Shown: piece after piece, positions 1 through 13,057 of the stretch | Layout: each line of letters begins with the position of its first letter | How positions within the stretch are numbered: position 1 is the stretch's first letter | NCBI RefSeq assembly: GCF_018977255.1 | Contig: NW_024704742.1 | Coordinates: 54,934,001-54,998,000, forward strand | DNA from: Callorhinchus milii | Taxonomy: Eukaryota | Direction: 5' to 3' | DNA length: 64,000 nt | Program-made: the position numbers and the translations under genes | The notes under the pieces: model-generated | The model's database searches: none | What the model was told of the DNA's origin: nothing | Seen by the model: only the letters and a program-made list of their open reading frames with translations

Positions 1-104
1 GTTCTGCAAAATACATGGTTTCAATGCCTTCTTCTTCATGCTTCTTAAACTGGATCCCTGAAGTTGTAAGCAACTCTATAGAGTCTTGAGCATACATATC
101 TTCT
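1..104 (-). CDS. CNOT7: CNOT7 (CAF1 deadenylase) coding exon 3, truncated by window edge
   Basis: tttctag|a acceptor; reads (T)EDMYAQDSIELLTTSGIQFKKHEEEGIETMYFAE; phase fits the previous exon. Confidence 0.93.
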
Positions 105-1228
105 CTAGAAAGACAGCGAAAATGCAGACCATTAATCATAGATATCAAAACTTAATCATTTCCCCTACAAACTTACCTGCTGTAATATAATCTGTTCAAG
201 AACTGCCTCAAGTAAAGCACATTTAAGAACATACCATAGATACACATTTGGTTATGAAATACTTTTCACCATCCCAAGTTTTGAGTGACTCACTTGATTG
301 TCCCAAGGATAATTTAGGGTTCTCACCTGTCAAATTTGGTGTGGATGAAACACTTTTAATTTTTATACTGGCTGTACCCGTTGCAGCTACGCTTCAACCA
401 AAGGATCCAATATGGAATGTAGATTGACACACAGACATTTCATCTTTATCTACACTCATCTGAGAGGACTCGTGTGGGAGGACTAATTTTGGCTATGCTG
501 TTCTTTGAGTGGGCAACTAATTTTGGCGCACTGTTGCAGTCCTTTCAGCATTGAAATACAACCGCACTGTTCTTTGTTCTTCAATTTCATTTAATGAGCC
601 TTCTCTCTTTTGTCGAGCAGTTTTACTTATCCTTGAAAGGTTTGATTTTCACTTAGGCATCTTTATAATAATAAATATTGCATAATTTGTAATCACTGGG
701 ATGTCCTCCTGAAGTGAAAGGCACTTTAAATATGTAATTGTGTTGTTGTCACCATGGCTTAGCTTCGTCTGTGTTCTTTATTTTGTTCCCACCTCCGCTT
801 GGCTACTTGCGTGCTCTGGGACACACTTGGCGGCCACCAAGTTAAAGTGAAATACAATCTAGGTCATAACTCATGAACGATAGGAGATACCCGAAAACAA
901 ATATGCCTATGTCACTCCCGGATGCAAGACCTTTCTGATGAGGTATAAATCACATCTCTATGTCAATCAGGTATTGAGATCCTTCTTGAAGCGCACACAG
1001 ATATTGTCGTTTTATTAGTGTAAAAGATAAGATAGATAAGCAAACATGCATATATCCACCACTCTAACTTTTTTTTATTTCTGTATATCTTCATAATATA
1101 TGAAAGACAAGGGTAAAGAGAGTGATGCTGGTCCAAGTACTCCCCAACTATGTTAAATATAAACTATTACTCCATTTATTACTGTTTGCCAAATGTCCTC
1201 TTTGGTCAAGAATAGTTGCACCCATTCT

Positions 1229-2759
1229 ATCAAGCTACCGGCCCATCTCCAACCTCCCCTTTCTCTCCAAGGTCTTGGAAAGAGTTGTCGCCTCCCAACT
1301 GCGCTCTTTCCTTTCCACCCATTCACTTTTCGAACCCCTTCAGTCAGGTTTCCGTGCTGCCCATAGCACAGAAACTGCCCTGGTCAAGGTCACCAATGAT
1401 ATCCTGACCATCTGTGACCAGGGCTCCCTCTGTCTCCTCGTCCTCCTCGACCTATCGGCAGCATTCGATACGGTCGACCACGCTATCCTACTCCACCGCT
1501 TGTCCTCCCACCTCAACCTTCAAGGCACTGTCCTTGAATGGTTTAGGTCGTACCTTTCTCACCGTCTTCACTTTGTCTCGACGAATGGCTTCTCCTCCAC
1601 CCCCCGTACTGTCTCATGTGGTGTCCCTCAGGGCTCTGTCCTCGGTCCCCTCCTCTTCACCCTCTATATGCTCCCCCTTGGTGACATCATCCGCAGACAT
1701 GGAGTTAACTTCCACATGTATGCGGATGACACCCAACTCTACCTTTCCTCCTCTACTCTCAACTCCACGACCACCGATGTCCTGACAGCTGCCTGTCCGA
1801 CATCGAGTCCTGGACGAGAGACAACTTTCTTCAGCTCAACGTGCGAAAAACCGAGGCCCTCCTGATTGGCTCACGTCAGCGCCTCCGCACCTCAGGCGCT
1901 GACACCATCAGCATCCAAGGCTGCACTCTCCACCTCTCAAAGCCAGTCAGGAACCTCGGCGTTTTGTTCGACCCTGAGCTGTCCTTTCTCCCTCACATCC
2001 GCACCACAACTGGCACCGCCTTCCATCACCTCCGGAACATCGCCAGACTACGGCATTACCTCACCCCTCACGCTGCTGAAACCCTGGTTCACGCCTTTGT
2101 CACCTCAAGGCTGGACTATGGGAACTCTCTCCTCGCCGGCCTTCCCGCCACCTCCCTCCACAAGCTGCAGGTCATTCAGAACTCTGCAGCTCGTGTACTG
2201 TCCCGCACCAGGCTTCGGACCACATCACTCCCACCCTCGCTCGCCTCCACTGGCTCCCCATCCCCCAGAGGATTGATTTCAAGATCCTCATCCTCACCTA
2301 CAAGGCCATTCACGGCCTTGCTCCCTCCTACCTCTCCAACCTACTATCCCCCTACCTACCTGCCCGTACCCTCCGTTCCTCTGGCTCCGGTCTGCTCCAC
2401 GTCCCCCGCCCCAACCGCCCTACCATCGGTGGTCGGGCCTTCAGCCTCTCAGCCCCGAGGCTCTGGAACTCTATCCCCCAGTGCCTTCGCCGCTTCCTCC
2501 CTTTCCTCCTTCAAGGCCGGTCTCAAAACCTTTCTCTTTGACCGTGCCTTCAGCTCCCCTCTCGACTCTCTTCCCCTCCTCGCTCCCTCCCTTCCCCTCA
2601 CCCTGACCATTTCCCCCCTCCTCGCTCCCTCCCTTCCCTCCCCTCACCCTGACCATTTCCCCCCTGCTCGGGTCATGACCCAACTGTGCAGCGCCTTGGG
2701 ACGTCCTCCTGACGTGAAAGGCGCTTTATAAATGGAATCTTGTTGTTGTTGTTGTTGTT
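1229..2759 (+). mobile_element. Young 5'-truncated L2-clade LINE (RT domain to (GTT)n tail)
   Basis: [36 protein letters not shown] and MYADD motifs; frameshifts near 1788 and 2218; ends in (GTT)n. Confidence 0.93.
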
Positions 2760-3572
2760 TTACTTCTCAGCTTAGTCACTGGAGCATCATCACTAACAGA
2801 GGTGGAATTGTCTCTCAAGCGGCTCCAATTAATTTTATGGTGCCTGGCAGCCGATTTGCAACCATCCAACCAAGGGATATCATGGAATCAACAGGTATGT
2901 AGCAATCCCCAGCTGGACAAAAAGTTCTCTCCCTACAGTTTCCTTCAACTTCATCAGAACCCTAAACCAGAAGTCGGCCATTTATTTTTTAGCATGGAAA
3001 GTCAGTTGACTGCATTTCCACTTTGCAAGGATCCATTGGACATCAGCGCTATAAACAAGGCAGTGCTATACCATAGGGGATGACGACAACCACAACAACT
3101 TACATTTATATAGTGCCTTTAACATGGGGTAGTATCTCGGAGCGCTTAAAACGCTATAGTGGCATTGCTCTCCATTATTATATCTTTCTACCAAAACCAT
3201 AATCAAATTGGTCAGGAGGTTCACAATAAATGGCCCTATGTGCTAGAATGGGCAGTTTCTTGAGGGTTTGGGGAGGTAGTTGGGATAGGGAGATGGGATT
3301 TGAAAATGGGACCCCGCCAATAAGGACAGAAATACTCCTTTCCTGTTCTATATATTCCTATTTTGGTCGATCTACAAACATTCAGCTGCCATTTCCCAAC
3401 ATTTACAAACAAGAATACATCAGTTTCCAGGTCTTTAATCATCCTTCACACAAGCACAGTTGCCATTGTGTTGTGAGAGTCAGAAAATAAAACATTAAAA
3501 AAAGCCTTCAACAGCGACATAATGAGTTTAAGTGGTAAATAACAGGTACCACAGATCTTTAGGTGTACTTAC

Positions 3573-3766
3573 GTAAGATTAAATTTGAAGTTGAATTGCC
3601 ATGTCGACGTTCCTGGAGGATACTCGCCCTGTTCATTCACAAATGTCAGCCCCAACTGTATAATCTTCAGTAAGTCTACATTACAACGCAATAGTTGATA
3701 CTGGTAATCTGCATTGCTTCGGAATTCGCCAATCGGTCGTGCTACAACACCTGGAAATTCTGTGTC
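3573..3766 (-). CDS. CNOT7: CNOT7 coding exon 2 (194 nt)
   Basis: ccag|[64 protein letters not shown]|gtaagt; contains the DEDD-nuclease DTE motif. Confidence 0.97.
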
Positions 3767-6700
3767 CTGGCAAAATTTTAAAAGTGTTTATTTACAAGGA
3801 TTAAAAAGGCATTATTTTAATTAGATGACCAATAAGAATAATAATCCTTGCATTTGATATAGCGCCCTGTCACATCCTCAAGACAACTCAAAAGCATTTC
3901 ACAGAATATACTGCAAAGTGAATTGACCATATATTTTGTGGGCAAAACGCCAAACCATCACATTGGAACTTTCCAGGTTATACGAATTGAAAGGTAGTCC
4001 ACATCAGACTACACTGGTCTCTGAAAGATTAAAAAGTACTCTAAAAGTGTTTAAACAGAATCTACATCATAGGTGTAAGTTGTAACAGTGTCTCAAAGCC
4101 TGACGCCAAGCCAGGGGGTTGGGGGTGACCGTAAGCATGGTCAAAGAGGAAAATCTTCAATATTCTGTCTTTCAGTTTAATGCATAGCCTACTGGCCAAC
4201 AAAATATTTCTTCAACTGGAAAGTTAGTGGCCAGCATAATAGGTGATCTGGTAATCTGAATTTCTTGGATTTAATCCAATTAATAACAGGAAACACAATG
4301 CCTAAATATTTGAAAAGAATTTAAGAACAAGACTAAAATAATGAGGAGTGCCCCCATGCCCTATACAGTGCACATTTCAGTACGAGGAGACAGGGCAGAA
4401 CATTGTACAGTAAGCGCAGTATTGTGGACATGGAATGTCAGTGTGTGATTGCAGTTCAGTGCCTCAAAAGTTGATGGGAAGCTCCCGGCTTTGAAAAGAT
4501 CATTTAAAAGGCTAAAACTGACATGGCTGGACAATGTTCAGGAAGAACTGAATGGAAAGCTGGCAAAATGATGAAGCCAGAATTATAGATATTTTAGCAT
4601 AGTAAGTGGCTATTCGGCCCATAGTGGCTTCTGTCATGCTAACCCACAGCTGCCCAAGTACTCTAAACCCATATCCCTTTTTTCTGAGAGCTTTTTATAT
4701 CTTTATTATTCATGTCTATTGAATTCCTTTTCTAATGACACAATGGACTCAGTTTCAATAGGCATTTGTGACAATTTACTCCACATTGTAATAAACCTTT
4801 AAGTATTGTAATATAATCATTGTTGCACCTTTGCCTAACACATTACTGAATGGTGCATAGAATTAATGTTCATAGGATTGGCAGTTCATCATGATAAAAT
4901 CCTTTTATTAGTTTAATAGAAGTTGAGCTAAATTGAAAGTGAATCCATATTACAAGTAGAGTCCCTTGCCAACACAGTAGTTTGGGTCCATAAAATACCA
5001 AGCATTATAACAGGATCAATGCCGGTCAGTGTGCAATAGTGCACTGAAACAAAATGGCCAACTTCTGGATCATCAGGAAACTGGCATCGATTCCTGCATG
5101 CTGCGCCAGAAATCAGTCCTTTTTTACTGCACCACCACTATAACAACTTGCATTTGTATTGTGCTCTTTGTGTCTTAGTGCAGGCACAAGAAACCGACCA
5201 AGGTTTTAAACATAAAGCCAACTGGCTTTCTGAATGCATTTTGTGGTGAGTTTGGGCTCTTAATTGGAAACACCAACTTACCCAGTTTTCCTCATCCCTC
5301 AATCTTCCACTTGTACTCACTCTTTCCCAGAACCTCAAAACTGAACTCCCAAAAAGAAAACTCCTTCCCTCCCTCAGTTTTCACATGCACCTACAATTCA
5401 TAGCCTATTAATCCTAAAATATGACATCATCTAATGACTTCTCCATTACACCATGACATTACAATTATCTGATTGTGTACCAACAACCATAGTCTACAAT
5501 TCTGTGTATTGAAAATTGGTGATATCTGGTACTATTACCTCAGAAGGCAAATGCATTCAATATCAACAGGGCCACATTGGGCTGTCCTCCCAATGTGACA
5601 GGTGCTATACAAATGTAAATTTATGTTGTGATTTACTGCCCCAAAAGACAAGTCTGCCGTTGGCATCAACACTAAATGGGGTATAAACGTCAGGGTAAGA
5701 TCTGGTATAAAAAGACATGACAATATTGGCGCTCTCTTTCTCCGCCCCATCCATCTCATCCCTTCTTGGTCTTCTTGATAGTATCTATGATCAGTGCCAA
5801 GCACCATCGCTGTAAAGCGCTGCAAAATAAATGTTATTCTACTTGAAGAGCGCTTTACAAATGCATATTAATTTCCAGATAATCAGCTCAATCTTTCTTT
5901 GTGTCAAGTTAGATTCTGTCTACCTTGTGTTTTAGGTAATGTAAAAGGGACTGACTGCCCTGCCATTGCTATTTCAAAAAAAGTGAAGTCTTTCTCTTGA
6001 TTATCATGGTAGTGACGTGAAAGAACTCACGGGTTCACAAAAGAGTTTCACATAAAAAACATGATTGGTCCTTTTAATCTTATTCCTCTGTATTAATCGC
6101 ATTTTCCCATGTTACATTAAGTGGTTTATTAAATATGCTGGCCTAAACCACCCTCGATAGTCCCAGACATTGGTTCTGCTCTGGGTGAAGAAACACTTCC
6201 CAATGGTTCTTAAGAATGTCCTTTGAAATGGTTAATCTGTGCTCTTTATCCCAGTCCCTTGGTGTATTTGAAAGGGGCTGCTGAATCTGAAAGTACCTTT
6301 TTTATCTGAAATTAAAAGTTATGGAATACAATTGAGTTTGCTTTTATTGAAATCAAAATACAAATGTGCTTTCAGTGCTCTGCTATTTGACAAACTAACC
6401 TCACTGTAAAGTACAGATTACACATGCTGAAACAGATCTCAGCAAGTGTCAAAACGGGATGAAACCGAGACTAAAGAAGAATTTGATTGGACAAGAACAG
6501 TTATTTAGTCTTTAATATGGGGGAAATTTTGCAGAATTCACTTCTATCAATCTATTGACAGCCCCAGCATGTCCACATCAGACATTCAAGTGAGACTGCC
6601 ATTTTTTGCACAAACACAAAATTCTCCTAACAAAAAAGGGTTCTCTTGCAGATACAACTGAAAAACACTCCTCTAGTAGACGTGCTAGATTGACAAATAG

Positions 6701-7429
6701 AATTTTGCTTTAAATTTTATTTAAGTAAATCCATTGTTAAGCCAACAATAAATCTTTCTTATTTTACCATAATAGCAAACATAGGTAACCACCCATTGCA
6801 CACCACATTCTTAGAAGGCTGGTGCACTTATAAGGCAAGGAGCCTATTGACATTTTAGCATGGCTGCATAGACTCACCAGCTTAGTGTTTGCTAAAAAGA
6901 GCCTATTTCTAGATCACGTTGCCAATGTCTTTTGCTGTGTAATGCGCTTGCCTGCCATGCGCAGCAAGTGACCCAGCAGTTGGCCTTTTTTTTTTGTTAA
7001 GCTTGTAGGAGGCCAACTGGCTTTCTGCAACTTTGTGTTGCCACTCATATGAATCAATCACATCACAATGTGGAGGCTCTGAGCTGGAATTATACCAGTT
7101 ACAAGGCTAGCTGGTTTTTTGGGATGTCAATTACTGCGATACAGTGGGATTCTACTCTGCTAGTAATTTAAAAACATTGCTCAGCGATAAATGTACATTT
7201 TCAGTAGCCTGCCTTCACGCATCATTGTATTTATTCTGACTCAAATAGATTTTATTTTCTCTTGGACAGAATGGGGTGATGTTGGGGGGGTGGAAAGAGT
7301 GGGAATCTCAAGCCAAACCACTACATATAGATTTCCAAATGAGGTTCTCAATTTCAACTACAAAGCAGTGGGAATGGTTGAATGAAGGGAAGATAGGAAG
7401 CTTGACAGCTTCAGTCTCATTAAAAGTAA

Positions 7430-7790
7430 AATAATAATCCTTGCATTTGATATAGCAACTTCCACATCGGAAGGACAACTCAAAACATTTTACAGGATTT
7501 ACTGTAAAGTCAGTGTTTTATTGGCAAACATGGCAACCAATTTTCACACAGCAATGTCCCACAAAAAGCCATGAAACAAATGACCATTTTTTTTTATCTG
7601 GAGGATTATTGGTTGGTCAGGTCACTGGGAGAAACTCCCTTCTCTTTTTGAACAATTTCTTCAGATTTTTAACGTCCACTTGAACAGCCAGTCAGGACCT
7701 TGGTTTAACGTCTCAGTCGAAGGACGGCATCTCTGAAAGTGCAGCACACCCCAACCTGCACTCACTGGTGTCAGCTTCAACTAATGCAAA
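7430..7790 (-). mobile_element. Degenerate Deu-domain-type SINE
   Basis: Reverse copy of the SINE tail (atatcaaatgcaaggattatt) and body (tgtgggacattgctgtg; ccgtccttcgactgagacgttaaacc). Confidence 0.65.
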
Positions 7791-8309
7791 AAGCAATGGT
7801 TGTCACAATTGTGCATTTCAGCCACAAAATAAACATTTATTGTGATTGCTTAACATCAGAATTTTTCCTTAAACCTTCAGCATGAAGAAATATAAATCAA
7901 GAGTAAGAAAATACATTTGTGAAGTTTCTCTGTAACAGATATCAAGTGATCAGCAATTCCCTAATAGTTCAAAATTATTTTCTCACGATTACCTTTAAAG
8001 ATACAACTCTAGTTTTCAAAGTCAACAACTTTGAGTAAGTTAAATTAGCAGAACAATATGTATATAATTAAGATCATAAATTATGACCTATACATATCAC
8101 ATCAAATAATTGTCTACATTAGCTATATATATATATATACACACACACACATATATATATCCCAGCTATTTTCAACTTCACCATGAGATTGATGGTGTTC
8201 ATAAAAGATTCACTTGTACTGGGGTTCTATTAACAGCCTGATTTTTAAAGATATAAAACAGATTAGTTTTGTAAGTCAGCAGAAAAGAGATGAGTTCAAA
8301 GCTGACTGG

Positions 8310-8660
8310 ACATTAAAAGCCCCACAGAGGACTTTGAACTCGGATAGTTTATACTGATATTCCAATGGAGTGCTGCAGTGCTGAAGGTGCTGCCCTTTGG
8401 ATGAGACATTAAACTGAGGTCTGGTCTCCCTGTTCAGGTGGACTATAAAAATGCCATGGCACTAGTTGAAAAGAGAATGTAGTTTTTCCCAGTGCGCTGG
8501 TTAATAATCCAACAGATAAAATTGGCTGCTCATTTTATGGATGTTTGTTGAACATTGCTGTGCGCACAATGGCTACCGCATTTACTTACAAGTACACAGT
8601 CACTACACTTTATAGTGAATCCTGTGAACACTGAGATATCCTCCCAACATGAAAAACGCT
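8310..8660 (+). mobile_element. Degenerate Deu-domain-type SINE
   Basis: tttggatgagacattaaactgaggt...ctgttcaggtggac...attgctgtgcgcacaatggct core shared with other copies. Confidence 0.65.
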
Positions 8661-9299
8661 TTGTCAAACGGAAGGATTATTTAAAATAAATACTTAATTT
8701 TACAGAAGTAAACCATCGAAACAAAGGAAATAATGAAGGTAGAAAGTGAGGAAGAAACTGCTATCAATCCAACTCTCGTGTGTGTACTGACATACCTGTA
8801 CAGTATACAATTTGCAGTTAAAGATTTAACAGCTTTTAAAAACATCCATAAAGCATGCATTTTATGAAAAGAAAGTTCCGTGGCAGAAAATACAAGGCAC
8901 AATGTTAGAGAGAACTATACACCTTATGAAAAATACACTCAGAATTGCAAAGATTATTTTAAATCGTTAATTGTATATAAAGTTAGACTAAACAACTTAG
9001 TGGAGTAAGATTTTGCCCAATTTGGTTTTAAAAATGACGTTTTTATAACAAATTCTTACTTGCCATTTACATGACTATATGCAGCACTAACACTGACCAA
9101 ATTTTGAATATGCAACAGAACCATAAAAAGATGATCTGTTGTCAAGTAAGTGGAAAAACAGGTAATATTCAGTACTTTAGGAACGTCTAAAAGTTTGAGA
9201 AGATTTCATACTTAAATTAATTAAATCTTAGCCTATTTGACTCTGCACATGTGACAATGTTTAATGCCACTGGTGTGTTTTTTTTAAAAAAGTCATACT

Positions 9300-9897
9300 G
9301 TATCCTGCGTCAAGGACCTGACTTGGACCCTCCTATGCCTTGTATACATAAATGATCTGGATTCGCAGACCCATCATAAAAGTAAATATATTTGCAGATG
9401 ACACCTGCCTGAGGGGGGGGGAAGGGAATATTGTGGTCTCAAGAGGAAGCAGCAAAGGTCTTACAGAACGAGCTTGATAGGGTATGTACATGGGCTGATT
9501 GATGATAAATTAAATTCAGCACAGTTGAAATGTAAGGTACTACATACAGGAGGTACAAATAGGAAACGTGTAATAAGAACAATGCTTGTATTTGATATAG
9601 CGCTTTATCATGTTGTTAAGATATACTTTAAAGTGGGTCAACTGTGATGGGATGCATGGGATAGAAGTTGTCAAGGGAGAAGCTGAACGAGATCTAGGAA
9701 TGTCAAATCATACTCTAGTTGTTTAGTGCTTTGGTAAGGCTACATCAACAGGACTGCCCACAGTACTCTAGATGTAGCCTGGATGGGGATGGCAGGTAAT
9801 TAGTCAGGTCTGAAGATCAGCCATGATCTTATCGAATGGCGGGGCAGGCTCGAGGGCCCGAATGGCCTACTCCTGCTCCTAATTCTTATGTTCTTAT
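9300..9897 (+). mobile_element. Degenerate CR1-clade LINE fragment with 3' tail
   Basis: tttgcagatgacac (FADD) remnant; tail gatcagccatgatcttatcgaatggcggggcaggctcgagggcccgaatggcctactcctgctcc matches the copy ending at 51240. Confidence 0.75.
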
Positions 9898-9995
9898 AAA
9901 GCGCTATGCAACTGGTACCTAGAGAACTGTCATGACATAAGGTAGCTGCCCAACCTCTAGAGGCAGTGCAGCAGAGAGCAATGACGATGATTGTG

Positions 9996-11097
9996 TATCA
10001 GGTTGGCTCAGTTGGTAGCACTGACGCCTCTGCGTCAGAAGGTTATGGATTCAAGGTTCTCATGGGACTTGGAATACAAAAAAGATAAAATCGGTCACTT
10101 CAATCCACGACTGTTAGTGGGACACCGCTGTGCGCAATTGGCTGCCGTGTTTCACCCACAAATATACAGTCAATTCACTTTACAGTATATTCTGTGAAGC
10201 GCTTTGAGACATCTAGAAGACACAAAAAGCGCTATATCAAATGCAAGGATTATTATGAGTCTGGACTAGCACTCTAATCTAGTGCTGGGAATGTGGTGCA
10301 TTGTTAGAGGAGTTATTTGGTCACTCAATCTATGACTGTTTGTGGGACATTGCTGTGCACAATTGGCTGCCGTGTTTCGCCCACAAATATACAGTCAAGC
10401 CACTTTACAGTATATTCTGTGAAGCAGGGACTTGGAACACATAAAGTCTGGACTGGCACTCTAATGTAATGCTGGGAATGTGTTGAGTTGTTAAGAGGAG
10501 CCATTTGGCCACTCAATCCACAACTGTTTGTGGGACACTGCTGTGCGCAATCGGCTGTCGTGTTTCACCCACAAATATACAGTCAATTCACTTTACAGTA
10601 TATTCTGTAAAGCGCTTTGAGACGTCTAGAAGATGTGATAATGCAAGGATTATTATTATCATTCGGATTTGCCAACAAAACTGCAATGAACAGCACATTT
10701 TAAACTGAGGTTTTGCCTACAAAATATAATCAATTCACTTTACAGTATATTTTATGAAGCGCTTTAAGACATCTCAACGACATGATAAAGCCCTACATTA
10801 TATGTGAGGATTATTATTATTATAATAATAAAGTCCTGTCTGTCTGTGCAGGTGAATGTTAAATATCCAGTGGTACTATTTGAAAAGAGAAGCAAAGTTC
10901 TCCTGGTGTCTTGGCCAACAATCCCCTAACATAAAATTGGTCATTCACTTCATGGCTGTTTGTGGGACTTTGCTATGTGCAAACTGCCGGTCAAGTTTGC
11001 CCACAAAACACAGAGTCTTTATAGGATATCCTTTGAAGCACTCTGGGACGTCCATCCGACTTGAAACGTGCTATAACAAATGCAAGGATTATTATTA
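9996..11097 (+). mobile_element. Cluster of nested/tandem tRNA-derived SINE pieces
   Basis: tRNA-like head (tggctcagttggtagc...ggattcaagg) followed by several repeats of the ctgtttgtgggacattgctgtgcgcaattggctg...gattattatt body. Confidence 0.8.
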
Positions 11098-11320
11098 GGG
11101 CTGCAGAGTTGTCATGGTGGTAAACAGTTCACGGATTCTGTGATTTTTCTGATTGCCCGTGACTTTTCTTTATGTATGCGATTTTAATAAAGTGTAATGA
11201 AAAATGTCTCCAGAAGTATATCCTCCGGGGAAGATCTGTCTAAACAGTTTGAGCAACTTAGGGAAAATTCCAATGTTCAAATTGATTTCAAAGCTCTCCA
11301 ATATAAAAAATAGATGTAGG

Positions 11321-11668
11321 CCTTGTACTCAGCTTATAGGTCCACCCGGGTCATAAGAGGGGCAGTGTGACTGGTGTGGGTGCTCGGTGGAGGTTGCGCA
11401 CGCATGGTCAGATGCATCGCAGAGGTCTCTGGTCTATTGGAGGGGCCTCTGTGGCCTCCTGCCCTATATTATTCCTATCCTGACACAGGATAGGGTGGGA
11501 GGCCACAGCTTGGTCCTCCAATAGACTAGGGTCCACTGCGATGAATGTGAGCTGATCATTCTCCAACCTCCCCCGAGCGATCGCACCAGTCACAGATAGA
11601 ATGGGAGGCTGCTGCGATGCTAGACACCACCTTATACGCTGAGTTATCCAAACTAAGTACTTACAAGG
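11321..11668. repeat. Long imperfect inverted repeat (fold-back element)
   Basis: Core arms 11366-11467 pair with about 11490-11594; outer ccttgtactcagcttatagg pairs with ccttatacgctgagt...tacaagg. Confidence 0.85.
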
Positions 11669-12576
11669 ATTTCTAGAATGTGACCAGTTATGTGTTAAGT
11701 GTTGTGACAAGTAAAGAATTAAGTAAGGAATATATTCAGAACCTCCCCCCAAATACCCCTTTTAAGGAGCTTTTTTAACTTACTTGCTTTCCAGAGAGTG
11801 CATCAAATTAATCCCTACTGCAATTACTAATTCATGCTTTTCTACACAATGCAAGATGAGCAGTGAAACACTGAGCCAACAAAACTGCAATGAACAGCAC
11901 ATTTTAAACTTATTTCATTGCATGAAGTAGAAGCACATTGAAAATAAGAACATGCATCCACTCCATCTGTAAATGAAGACTGAAGAAATTAAATGCGCAC
12001 AAGGAAATTGTATTCAGCAGATGGAAGTTTGACATTCTAGGAATAGGAGAAAGCTCAGTGGAAGGACTGCACATACTGAAGGACAAAAGACAGCCCCGAA
12101 AAGGAACCAAACTAGTCACAAAGAGAAAGGCAGGCTAGAAAAGTGAATATAATTAAATGCAAAATAAAGTAGGAGAAAGAGTGAAATCAGCCTTCACATG
12201 GGTGTCTTTCAAAAACAACTGGCAGAAAATAAACAGAATATTTCTTCTCGCAATCTGCTAAAGCCGCATTCATGATGGACTAGCAGAGCTAAAGCATCAA
12301 CATTAAAAAAAAATGCCTTTGAACCAATCCAATATTAAATGAAAAGGAAATTTACTTACATATAACCCAGCCATTGCCTCCTATTATGAAATAGTAAACA
12401 GTGATGACAACACTTCAGAGCAACTAAACTAGTATTTAGAATTCACTTCAAAAAAGTAAGAACACCCAGGCAATGACCAACAATTTAGACAAGCTACACC
12501 TCCCAGAATTACATGCACTGTTGAAATGAAGTAATTTTTGTAAAAATGATTTTAAATCGCAAGATGACTGACTTAC

Positions 12577-12693
12577 CATTGCAACATAGTTGAATTTCCG
12601 AATAACTTGACGTATTCGCTTCATCTCTTCATCTAGGTTACAAGCCCAGACTTCACATATTCTTTGGCTGTGATCTACTGTTGCTGCTGGCAT
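12577..12693 (-). CDS. CNOT7: CNOT7 first coding exon (117 nt); exon probably starts at 12788 with 95 nt of 5'UTR
   Basis: MPAATVDHSQRICEVWACNLDEEMKRIRQVIRKFNYVAM|gtaagt, the vertebrate CNOT7 N-terminus; pyrimidine tract plus AG at 12790-12789. Confidence 0.97.
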
Positions 12694-13057
12694 GTTGCCG
12701 AATTCAAGTCATCCAAACGCTACACCTTCAGGTGAGGACAGTCACATACAGTTCAGTGTAAAGCCAATCACTTCTCCTGATATTTAACCTTCAAAACAAC
12801 AAAAAAGAAAAATTAGAAGCAATACCAAAAATCTTAAAGCACTAATCTTGCACTTAGTAAAGAAAATAAAAGTTGAATGTTACAACAGGCCCCCAGCACT
12901 AAAACAAAAATGCACAGAAATATTGGACTTTACAATTCAATAACTATTCTATAATATTGTAATAATGGATCTGCACATTTTTCATAATGTCTTTTATACA
13001 ACATTTTTAGATGTTGTATAAAACATTTCTAAATGAAAATATCTATCCATAAGGGAG

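Noticed and set aside
1122..2731. Possible functional or domesticated RT gene
   Set aside because: 5'-truncated, frameshifted L2 with no endonuclease; the ORF start lies in flanking DNA
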